From positions 30,226 through 94,225 of IMG/VR virus record IMGVR_UViG_3300031760_003956: a stretch of DNA of 64,000 bases; one strand, given 5' to 3'. A model generated the notes under the pieces. It saw nothing but the letters and a program-made list of their open reading frames with translations, searched no databases and was not told the DNA's origin. Every line of letters begins with the position of its first letter. Within the stretch, counting starts at the first letter, position 1. This document shows positions 1 through 11,200 of this stretch, piece by piece. The translations under genes and the position numbers were made by a program. Source of the DNA: a virus. Its lineage: Duplodnaviria > Caudoviricetes.

Positions 1-1
1 T

Positions 2-628
2 ATGCAGAAGAAAGGTTATTATACAGATTTTACACAGGGAGAAGATAGCGAGAAGATTGAATTTGACTTTAGCACGAATATCAGTATGCTCGGAAAAATG
101 AATTTAGTTAAGAAAACGGTTGAGCGTTGTATTATTGATGAACATTTCTTTTCTAATCTTTTACCTGTGATATTCGACTATCATATTATTATGTATTTTG
201 CAGCGATTGATTTATCAGATATTGAAGAAGCTGAAATCAATGGTATTGATAAGATGTGTGATTTTGTTCAAAACACAAATATTGCTGAAATTATAAGAGA
301 AAATATGGACGATGGCGTGCTTGATGAATTAGTTAAGGCTGTGGACGCTGATGTTGAGTTTAAGACGGGTATTCATCCGAATCCTCTTAACGAAGTGCTT
401 TCAAGACTTTTGGAAACATTTGAGAAGAAGATTGAGAACATTGATGTTGAAACTCTTATGGAATCGGCTACTAAGGTTGCCGGAATTAAAGAACAGTTGA
501 CACCTACGGGTCTTATTAATGCTTATAATGACAGCGAAGTATTTAATAAGAAATTCAAAGACTTAGAAGAACACAACAGAGAAATCAATAAAATTGTCGG
601 AGAAATAAAGAGTAAAGACGAAAAGTAG
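2..628 (+). CDS. Hypothetical phage protein, possibly tail assembly chaperone (may be 5'-truncated by window edge)
   Basis: Acidic, helical-looking 208-aa ORF upstream of the tape-measure gene; function inferred from position only. Confidence 0.45.
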   Translation: MQKKGYYTDFTQGEDSEKIEFDFSTNISMLGKMNLVKKTVERCIIDEHFFSNLLPVIFDYHIIMYFAAIDLSDIEEAEINGIDKMCDFVQNTNIAEIIRENMDDGVLDELVKAVDADVEFKTGIHPNPLNEVLSRLLETFEKKIENIDVETLMESATKVAGIKEQLTPTGLINAYNDSEVFNKKFKDLEEHNREINKIVGEIKSKDEK

Positions 629-637
629 GGTGATTAT

Positions 638-1126
638 ATGGCAATTACCAATATGTCACAATTACAAAATGCTTTGATGAAGAAGTGTTATGAATTAGTA
701 AATGAGGAAAAACGATATGCTTTGACCGTATTTAGAAATTATATAAATAAATTTTATTCGGGTTATAGACCGTTATTATACGAAAGAACGTATCAACTTA
801 TGAACTCTTTGGCAAGTACGGGAGTTAGTCGGACTACCAACGGATATAAGGCTGATATTTATTATAAGGTATCTGCATTGAGGTATTATGAAAAAATAAT
901 TTTTGATTATACGTTGGTTTATACAAGACCACATTCATCTTCTATGAATAGAGAGATATTTGAATATGCTGCTTATGGTATGTATTACGGATATAATCCC
1001 CACGGTAATTATAAGGGTGCTGATGATGATACAACAATTTGGAAAGACCCTGTTACCGATATTCAAATTCAAATGCGTCCTCAGTTAAAACGCTATCTGC
1101 AATCGAAAGGCATTAAAGTAAAATAA
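638..1126 (+). CDS. Hypothetical phage protein (tail region)
   Basis: 162-aa ORF with RBS GGGTGA, co-oriented in the structural operon. Confidence 0.6.
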   Translation: MAITNMSQLQNALMKKCYELVNEEKRYALTVFRNYINKFYSGYRPLLYERTYQLMNSLASTGVSRTTNGYKADIYYKVSALRYYEKIIFDYTLVYTRPHSSSMNREIFEYAAYGMYYGYNPHGNYKGADDDTTIWKDPVTDIQIQMRPQLKRYLQSKGIKVK

Positions 1127-1138
1127 GGAGGTGATTGA

Positions 1139-2173
1139 ATGGGAAGAAAAACATTCAGGAAGATAATCACTTCTCCTGAATTAATAGAACAAATAAATCC
1201 TGAGAATAAAAAGTTAATGGAAAGATTTTTAAAGAACTATTCTACGAAAAAATCACCGAAAACGATTATAAATTACAGGAGCAATCTAAATATATTCTTT
1301 TGTTGGAATATATTAGAGGACGGAAACACATTTTACATAGATTTAAAGAGAATGGATTTTATGGACTTCTTTGACTATGCAAGTATAGAGTTACAATGGA
1401 GTCCGAATAGATTTCATCAATGTCATTCTTGTTTATCTGCTTTTAGCACTTGGATAGAAAAGGTTATGGGTGAACAATATCCTAATTTCCGAAATCTATT
1501 ACCGTTTATTGATAAACCTGATAAAGAAGCTGTTAGAAAGAAATCTGTTTTTACACAAGAAGAAATAAACGAGTTAATGAGTATGCTTGATGAAAAAGGC
1601 AAAACTCAGCAAAAATGCTTGTTATCGTTAATGACAAGTTCGGGAGCGAGAGCAAGTGAACTTGTTAGATTTAGGACGGATATTATTGACGAAAATAATA
1701 CGGCTTATGAGGGTTTATTCTTAGAAACGACAGAGGAAATTAGAATCAAAGGTCGTGGAGTTAATGGTAAATCTGCGTTAAGATATATTCTAAAAGATAC
1801 ATTCTTACCTAATTATCATAAATGGCTGGTCGAGAGAGAAAAGATTATGAAAGAGAATAATCAAGACCACACTTATATATTCATCAAATCAAATGGTGAA
1901 CCGGCAGAATTAACAACTATTAAGAGTTGGTTTGTGAAATGGGATATATTTACTACAAAAAGGTTTTCTAAAACCTTTTATCCTCATTCCCTTAGACATA
2001 TGTTAGTCACAAAACTCCTATCTATCGGAGTAGAAAAAGAGTTGATTCAAAGTCTATTATCGTGGACTACGGCTGAAATGGTTGATATTTATTCTGACCT
2101 TAAACCGAGTGAAAGAAAATGGAAAAGTTTGGGTAAACTTAAATCTGCTTTAGAGCAAGATAATATTTTATAA
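1139..2173 (+). CDS. Tyrosine recombinase (XerC/D-like)
   Basis: Catalytic residues R (GARASEL), K (IKGRG), HxxR (HSLRH), W at the H/W position (LLSWTT), Y (VDIYSD); RBS AGGAGGT. Confidence 0.9.
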   Translation: MGRKTFRKIITSPELIEQINPENKKLMERFLKNYSTKKSPKTIINYRSNLNIFFCWNILEDGNTFYIDLKRMDFMDFFDYASIELQWSPNRFHQCHSCLSAFSTWIEKVMGEQYPNFRNLLPFIDKPDKEAVRKKSVFTQEEINELMSMLDEKGKTQQKCLLSLMTSSGARASELVRFRTDIIDENNTAYEGLFLETTEEIRIKGRGVNGKSALRYILKDTFLPNYHKWLVEREKIMKENNQDHTYIFIKSNGEPAELTTIKSWFVKWDIFTTKRFSKTFYPHSLRHMLVTKLLSIGVEKELIQSLLSWTTAEMVDIYSDLKPSERKWKSLGKLKSALEQDNIL

Positions 2174-2181
2174 TCATAACT

Positions 2182-2205
2182 ATACACCCATTGGGTGTAT
2201 TTTTT
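2182..2205 (+). terminator. Intrinsic terminator-like hairpin between recombinase and tape-measure gene
   Basis: ATACACCC-att-GGGTGTAT followed by T tract. Confidence 0.55.
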
Positions 2206-2229
2206 ATGCTCAAAAGGAAGTGATGAATT

Positions 2230-5200
2230 ATGGCAGATGAAGATTTCAGACTACAACTATCAGCGGAAATAGGTAGTGACTCTATAAGTAGGGTTAAATC
2301 TCAACTTGACGAAATACAAAAGTCAGCTAAACCGATAACCTTAACAGGTGATATAGGGGCGTTGACTAAAGAAATTGGAGAGTTGAGGTCACAGCTTAAA
2401 TCTGTTAGTGCTGTTAAAATAGACGCTAATATTAAAACGGCTACAAACTCTTATAAAGAATTAGTTAATGTTGCTAAACAAATTGGTAATAAACAAATCA
2501 AGATTGCTAAACTTGATACACGGACAAATACTAATGAAATTAAAGCGTTACAGGCTGAGATAGATACTTTAACGGCTAAGGGTAAGGCTTTAATGGGTTC
2601 TTTCAATGGTAAGTTGTCGGCTGAACAGTTTAAGCAATTAGAGAATACAATAAAGGAAATTCAAACTACGACTCAGCAGACTATAGATGTTATCAATGCT
2701 AAGATGAAAGATAAGTCTGCGGTTGAGTTTCAAAAACAGGCTTTTGAAGATTTAAAAGCTAAAATAAAAGAAGAAGAACGGGCTGTCAGCGAATATAATA
2801 AAGTTCTTGAACAAATGAAGCGTTTGCAGTCTACTACTGAAAATGCTGGATATAGGGATTCAGTAGGTACTGCGACTATTGAGGGATACAAAACAAAACT
2901 TGAAGAACTTAAAGCTAAAGAGGTAGAGGTTCGTGAGAAATTTGCTGATTTAATCCCACAGGAAAGTATAACTAAGGCTGAAACTGGTTTTGCCAATATA
3001 ACTGCAAATATCGACAATATTGTTAGTAAAGCAGAACAGGCAAAAGAAAAACTCGTAGAGGCTATTCAGGGTACTCTTGCTAATGGTAATGCTTCAAATT
3101 ATGATGTGGCAATATCAAAAGTTAGTCTTGATATGAGCAAACTTTCTGCGGTTAGTGATGAAACACGGGAGAAAGTTCAGTTACTTAGAGATACTTTAGT
3201 TGAAATGCGTACTGCGTCTGAAAGTGGTGATGTTGAAACTCTTATTGCTAAAGAAAAAGAATTTTCAGATACTTTAAAGCAAGTACAAAATGAGTTAAAA
3301 ATCACGGCAGACAGAGAAGAAGAATTAGCACAAGCGGAGAAATTACTTAATGATAGAGCGATTCTATCTAATCAAATGGGCGTGTGGTTGAAAGAAAATA
3401 CTGCCGCTACAAAACAATTTGGTAATCAAATTAAAATACTTCAAACCGAGGTTAAGTCTTGTGATAATGTAAGGCTCGGTCAAATAAGACAAGAGTTTAG
3501 AATGATTACACAAGAAGCTAAAATGGCTGGTAAAACAGGTTTGGCTTTTACTGATAGACTCGGTTATCAAATAAAGAAGTTGTCAACGTATTTTAGTGGT
3601 CTTTATATTATTATGAGTACCTATAGAACTCTTAAAACAGGTGTTGAAACTGTTATTGAGTTGGATACGGCACTCGTTGATTTGAAGAAGACTACTGACG
3701 GTACTACTGAGCAACTTAATGAATTTTACGAGAGTGCGTCTGAGATTGGTAAGCAGTTGGGAGTTACGGCGAAAGATGTAATTCAAGCAAGTGCTGACTG
3801 GTCACGTCTTGGTTGGCTTCGGCTCGACCCTATATATAGAAATATATATAAGTAAATTCAGCTTTTATCGGGAAATCTCCTGAGAAGGACAATTCCGAGG
3901 GCAAGATAGAATGTTTAGTATATTCTAAACCCGTAACGAGTAAGTTTTACATACAGTAATGTATGTTTGCACGCTGAACACCTAAATACGAAAGTACAAG
4001 GTGATGATGTACTCTGCTCTGCAACTATAATCAAAATATAATATGAAATTGCAGAGGTAGGCAGAAATGACCTACCCCTTTCTTTTTGGAAAGAGTAACA
4101 AAAGGACTCAATTAAAGACGCTATTGAAATGGCTAAAACGTCATCTATTTTTGAAGCTATCTCACCGGATTTGGATATGAATGAATCGACCGATGGGTTG
4201 GTTTCGGCTATGAAGGCAAAACGAAAGTTTATGCCCTGTTGTATAGTAATATGCAACTTGTATACATTTAACTACAGGTAATCTCTAAAGCCTTGCACCA
4301 CAATAACGGAGAAATCACGTTATGATGGCACGAAAGTAGAAACAACGTAAGGATGATATAAGGTCAAAAGCCTAAGTATTGTGATAATGAGTGTTCTGTA
4401 GCCAAGTACCCTAACGTATTCCGTAGACCATACGGTATTAGTCGAGGGTAAAGGTTCAACGACTATTCTCAGTAGAGTTATGGACTTGTGAATAAGGGTG
4501 GAAATCCCGAATATCCATAACAATAGAAGTACGGCACAATCGCAAAGGTGTGAGTGAAAACCTCTTAAATGGAAAAGGTGTACCCCTATTAAATAGGGTG
4601 AAGAAATAGTCTATTCTTATATGAAAATATAAGTACAAAAGATTTAAAATTGAAGCAGATGACGCTTTAGATGGAATTGCGAGTAAGATTAATGCTATAG
4701 GTAATTCACAAGCAGTCAGTAACGGAAATATCGTTGACTTCCTTACTCGTTCATCTTCTGCTATGGCAGAAGCTAACAATACTTTAGATGAAACTATTGC
4801 GTTAGGAACGGCAGCAACAGAAATTACGAGGGACGCAGCTTCCGTAGGTAATGCTATGAAGACAAAACATTGTCTTTATATACAGAAATGTATATATAGA
4901 ACACATTTAATTGCAGGTAATACCTAAAGCCTTGCACCACAATAGCGAGGAAACTACGCTATGATGGTTTGAAAACGTAAGGATATTACAATGGTTGTTC
5001 TGCAACGAAGCACCTAAGTTAGTAATAATATGGTGAACGCTCAACGACCACTCCCTTGTCGGGTTGTAGGTTTACGAATAAGGGTAAAATCCCGAATAAC
5101 TACAGCAACAGAGGTACGGCACAAGCTAATGGTGTGGGTGAAATCCCCTTAAATGGAAAAGGTGTGGTTGCTATTCTGTTTAATACAGAATGTGATTAAG

Positions 5201-8200
5201 AAATGGTCTACTCTTGCGTGAAAGCGTAAGTTATCAATTGTGATAAGGTGTATGTTGCGAGTACACTTAATATTTGGAATAAGTATGAGAATTAGAGGCT
5301 ATGATGAAAGCACCAATGAATTTATTGGTGGCGTAGAAGTTCTCGATGGTAAAATAGCAAATCTTACGAAGACTGCTAAAAACGGATTTGGTGGCGTTTC
5401 TTTATTTGCTGACGAAGCAAAAACAACATTTAAAAGTACAACACAAATTTTAAGAGATATATCTGAGGTTTGGGATGACCTTACCGACAAAAATCAGGCA
5501 AAATTACTCGAAGCTCTTGCCGGTTATCATACGTTAGCCGGATTGTGTAGTAATACACAAAATAGTACATATTTAATTGCGTTGGTTGCCTAAAGCCTTA
5601 TACTACAATAATCGAGAAATCAGATTATGAGAGTTTAACAACATAAGGATATTACAATGGCTAATTCGCAGCGAAGTACCCTAACATTATTCTTAAAACA
5701 AAAGAACAGTTAAGCTGAGGGTACACGTTCAACGACCATTCCCGATAGGGTTGTAATAATAGAATAAAGGTGGGAATCCTGAATAGTTACAACAACAGAA
5801 GTACGGCTCAAATATATGGAGTGAGTGAAAACCTCTTAAATGGAAAAGGTATGCCCCTATTTTAAATAGGGTGAAGAAATGGTCTAAACTTATACGAGAG
5901 TATAAGAATGGTTATATATAAAAAATATGAGATATACTTATACGAATGATGATATTGATTTTTTAAGAAAATATTATCCAAACGGGGATTGGGAGAAAAT
6001 TGAACAAAGATTCCCGTTTTTATCAAAAACAGCAATATATAGAAAATGTCAAAAATTAAATATTGCTTCAAATAATACGCATAGAAAAGATTTTGACAAT
6101 ACTAAAAATAGACGTAAGTGGACGGAAAAGGAAACTAAAATATTAATGCAAAATTATAGTTATATTCCTTTTGACGATTTAATGAAATTATTACCAAATC
6201 GCACTAAAGATATGATTAATAATAAAGCAAAAAGATGTAATTTATTATCTTATCAAAAAATTACATCAAAATGGAAAGACTGGGAAGTTGAATATATACA
6301 AACTAATTGGTTTTTAATTCCCGATGTGATTATTGCGAAAAACATAGGAAGAACACAAAGGGCGGTCAAATGGAAACGAGAGCAAATGGGATTGTATAGA
6401 CAAAATTTTGAAAGTTTTTCTTATCCAACGATTTCAAAATATTTACGAGGTCAAAATCAACAATGGAAAAAAGAGTCTATGGAGAATTGTAATTATAAGT
6501 GTGTATTAACCGACAGTAAAAGTTTTGAGATACATCATTTATATGGTGTGAGCAATATTATAAATGATATTTTTGATTTATACCCTAAATACAAAGATAA
6601 ATCTTTTAAAGACTACTCTGAAAAAGATTTATCTTTTTTATTAACTGAATTTTTAAGAATACAGAGTTTATATCCGCTTGGTGTATGTGTGGATAAAAAA
6701 TTACACGTTTTGTTTCACAGTATGTACGGTCAATACTTTAATACACCTGAACAATGGTATAGATTTTGTGAAGATTATAAGAAAGGAGTGTATGAAGAAT
6801 ATATATAACCATTAACAGAAGTTGTGACTCTGTTTAATAAAATTGAAACGTCAAGGTCAAGTTGTTGCAGCTATGCTCAACAACTTCCAAACAGTAGAAG
6901 ATTCTCTTAATACAATGCAGAATAGTGCTGGTAACGCTATGCAAGAAATGTCAATTATTCAAGACAGTATTGAGTATAAAATGAACGCATTTTCTCAAAC
7001 TGCAACAGGAATATGGCAAAACCTTTTCAAGCGTGGCGATATTGGTGCTGTTATTGATTTATTTACAAATTTCTTATCAATAATAGATAAGATTACAGAC
7101 CACTTTGGTCTACTCGGCACAGCCGTAGGTATAACCGCTGGTATATTATCAGCAAAATTTGGCGTGGGTGAACTAATTAAACAGTTCTGTTTACTTATGA
7201 CACTAAGGAACGAATACGCTCACGAAACCTTTAACTAATAGTAATATAAACGAGATTGTGTTTGCTCGTATAACGGTTTATCGTTACACAATCAAGAGGG
7301 GTTTAGAAAAATAGGATAAACTGATATAAGTTAAAATTCTTATATCAATAGACTAAGACGTTTTATATGTTAAGCTACATAATACATATAAAACTATTAG
7401 CAGCCATTACCTTACGAGAGGTAGGTTCAGAGGACATAAACCTACACGGTGAGAATCGTGAATGAATGTTGCAAACTGTACCCGACAGTAGTTATGAGTT
7501 GGGGTAAAAATTTAACCATTGGCTAAATGGTGTGTCAAAAATAGTGGGATACTTCTTCCCTGTTACCTGAGCAAAAGAAGTTAAAATAGAAATTTTATGT
7601 ATCATAATGCACAAATAACACTTGAAAAACGTGCGAAAAGTGTAGTGAAGTAGGTTGAAAAAAGTGCGAAAAGTGTGTTTTGACGTATTTTGTTCACTTT
7701 GTATTTGTGCAATATGACGAATAAATAGCAACCAAAAAAGGTTGCATATAGAAAACGCAACCAAAAACGGTTGCGTTTGTTATTATACTGAAAGGGTATA
7801 ATTTGATTTTTACGATTCGGATTATACCTTAACGGGATATTTCCCATTTCGGCAATTTTTTCGGATTTGGGGAATAGATTGCCGATTTAAAAAGAAAGGA
7901 TTGGTAAAATGATATTTTCGGTTGATAGGTTTATTGAATTATCAAAATCAAAAATAAAAAAGAAATTTAAAAAAGTATATCTTTATGATGAATATAATAA
8001 TGCAACTGGTAGAAACAAAGAAAGGCGTTATTATTATAATAAAGAAATTATGTTATTTTTAAAAGAATGGGAGATTGAATTAACATATAAAACATTGATT
8101 CATAAGGGTGTTTTTACGGAGAAAGAATTGTCTTTTGAACAATTTATAAAACTATTTTATATAAAAATATTTGAGAATCGGTATTTATGTAGATTTATAG

Positions 8201-11200
8201 ATATAAAACCGATGATAGATTTTATTAATAGAGTTCGGCAAAATAATGATTAATCATTCTCCATAGGTTATTGCAGAGGTATAATTTTTGCCTTAATTGT
8301 TGTTTCTTTGTTTCATTAAATTCATTCTTGACTTCATTAGAAAGAATATTATTACGCTCTTTCAAACAAAGGACAACAAAAGGTGCGTAGAATATTGCGT
8401 CTGATATATTTATAAATGTATTATTATTCATTTTATTTATTATATCTTGGCGATAAGAAAATTCTTGCATAATAAATATACCGTCTATTTCTACGGATTC
8501 TTTGATTAGCTTAAATTCTTCTTCTGTTAATTTTCTATCTACAAAATCACTCATATTCTTCCCTACCTTAAAACTTATAACCACAATTCCGGCAAACAAA
8601 TTGACTTCTTGCGGTTTAATTAGTAACTAATCTACTTTATATTCATATAAACTTGCTTTCCAAGTACCATTTTCACGGCGTTGACAACTAACACTTTTTA
8701 TTTGAGGTTTACCGTTAATAGTCATATTGAAATCAAGATAAACGGTATCTTCATCTATTATATTGTAATCTCCTGTATAGACCACACTACTTACTTCTCG
8801 ATATATGCTCATAACTCTACTACAGTATGACATAGCTGCTCTTTCTGCTTTTTTGAGATAGTATGTACTCATTTGAGGTTTTGTATATTCTTGTTCGTAG
8901 TCGGTGTCGGAATAAGAATTTGTATTAGTCGGGTTATCGGTTGTATTGCTTTTCTTACAAGTAGTAAGAGATATAACTATTCCAATTACTACGATTATTA
9001 TTATTACTATTATTGAAACAAAAAATACGATTGAATTTTTCTCGGATTTATCTTTATTTTGTAGCATAATATAGCCTCCTTTGGTATTTAAACCAATTAT
9101 ATATTATCTTTATACACAATTCAAGTAATTTTGATAAATTCAGGTTACGTCTTTATATTCAGTTTGATATTCAAAACCGTTGAAGACGAATCGAAATTTG
9201 CTGGAATTAGAATAAAGAATAACTTATTAAGTGGTATAAAAGCAATAGCGAGTGAAGCCCCGAAGATTGATTTGGGTAAGAATTTTTCTGCTAATTTAGA
9301 TAAGCAAACAGAGTATTTTACTTCATTTAGAAATGCAGTAAATGAAGGTATGGCGGTTGATGAGGCTAAAACACAGTATTTATCAAGTGCTATGCAAGCA
9401 ACTCGTGATTATGTAAATGCGACAAACTTAGCAGAACAAAGCGAAGAAGGACTAAGAACCGCCGTTACTCAAAGTCAAGTGGCTTTAGTGGCACAAGGTA
9501 ATAGTCTTAGTAATACAAGGTCGTTGATTGCCGAGTATAACTCTGGTTTAAACACTACAGGTAATGTATGTAAAGAAACGGGATTAAATCAAACACAATT
9601 TGCACAAGCGGTAGCACAATCACGAACTGGTTTAGGTAATTATTTAAACAATTTAGACGGTGCGAAGGCTTCTATGGGTGGTTATATCGCTCAACTTGTA
9701 GGTGCTAAAATTGCTACGTTTGCTTTAAACGCTGTAACAACATTACTTAATGCTACTATTAGTATGGGTATTGGGCTTATTGCGTCAATGCTTGTAAGTG
9801 GAGTAGTTAGTTGGATTGATGATATAATTCATCATACTGAGAAACTTATTGAAGCCGGTGAAGAAGCTGAAAATAAAGTTAAGGAAATTAGCGAAACTTT
9901 TGAAAAACAAAAGTCTGTTATAAGTGAATCAACAACGCAATTTGCTGAATTGGCTCAGGGTGTTGATATGGTTACTGGTAAAAACAAATCATTGTCAACG
10001 TCTGAATATGAGGCGTTTTTATCAATTAGTAAAGACTTGGCAGAACAATTTACCGACCTTCCTGTTATTTACGATGAAAATGGCAATGCTATTGTTCAAC
10101 TTAACGGTAATGTCAATGATGTTACAAATTCTTTAAAGGAACTATTAGAGGTTGAAAGAGAAATAGCCAATCAAAAAATTGCAGATGAATTACCAAAGAT
10201 TTTTGATAAAACTAAGGCACAAAATGAAGTTTTAGAAGACGAATTATACGATATACAATCTAATTTATGGTATAACAAGTTAGATAAAGCTGGTGAAAAG
10301 CGACTTTCGATAGATGTAAATGGTTTAGATTTAGATGAAGTAACGAAGATACGAGAAAAATACGAGGCTTTATTTAAAAAATATAATATCCCAGCTTTAT
10401 TTAATAAAGGACAACAGGTTTGGAAAGATGATAAACTTGTATTTGATACTTTGTATTTTGATTTAAACGGAACTGTAAATGTTACTGATAAATTGAAAAA
10501 AGAATTAGAAAAAGGTACTTACGAAATTCAAAAAGAATTTGAAAGTAAATTAAGTGGAAATACTTTTCAAACACTTGTTAATAATGTTAATAAAAAATCT
10601 GCTGATAAACAAAACGAAATAAAGCAGAATTGGAGCAATTTAACTTCTAATATAAATAAATGGCTACCTACCCAAACCGACTATTCTGCTCTTTCGGAAG
10701 AAAGACAAAACCTTATCCAACGGTCTATTAACTCGTTGGATTATACTGCATTAAATTTTGATAAATGGGAAGACGCTGAAAAATATATTAAAGACCATTT
10801 ATTAAAGGTATTAGGTAAAGATGAAAACGGTAAATTTAATTTTGATATTGAAAAATATACAGATTTATCGGAAGCCTTTGACTCATTTAAAAAAAATAAA
10901 ATATCTCTAAAAAAATATCAAGAGTATTATAATACTGTTAAGACAAATCTTGAAGGTATTAAGGGCATTACAAAGGAAACCAAAAATGCTATATTAAATG
11001 ATTTTAATACTATTGGTTCATCGGGAGAAACTTTAGATAATGCTTATGAAAGAATTTTTAAACTTTCTAAAGGCGTAATATCGGTAAAAGACGCTGAAAA
11101 AGAGTTAAAAAATTGGAAGTACGATGATATTTCAGCTTTATTTAAAATTGACGCTAAAACTATAAAATCTTGGGATGATTTAAAAAACAAGATTAAAGAG

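Larger units (their letters stand above)
7170..9166 (+). mobile_element. Group I intron 5 in tape-measure gene (~2 kb) carrying non-endonuclease cargo genes
   Basis: IGS GAATACGCTCACG (7212-24) pairs 5' exon CGTGGGT (U7169-G7218) and 3' exon TATTC (9168-72); P3 GGGTTTA(7299-7305)/TAAACCT(7437-43); Q-like TTAGCAGCC; R TTCAGAGGACA; P9.0 AAACTG(7473-78)/CAGTTT(9160-65) then G9166; ACCTGA(7565-70)/TCAGGT(9140-45) closes the cargo loop. Confidence 0.8.

Noticed and set aside
3915-5490. Minus-strand ORFs 3915..4256, 4320..4523, 4456..4779, 5299..5490
   Set aside because: Shadow ORFs antisense to tape-measure exons and intron cores, with no recognisable motifs
7622-7778. Mini CRISPR array or type III toxin-antitoxin repeat array
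   Set aside because: Only two copies of each of two different repeats, about 11-nt gaps, and no cas or recognisable ToxN-type gene; kept only as an unexplained structured region
2230-9166. Tape-measure gene as a pseudogene, or evidence of stop-codon recoding
   Set aside because: Interruptions are discrete blocks with group I cores whose removal restores the frame exactly; other genes read normally in code 11
9131-9166. TTG start of an independent 2542-aa protein
   Set aside because: No RBS; these bases form the intron-5 3' pairings and the coding junction fits at 9167
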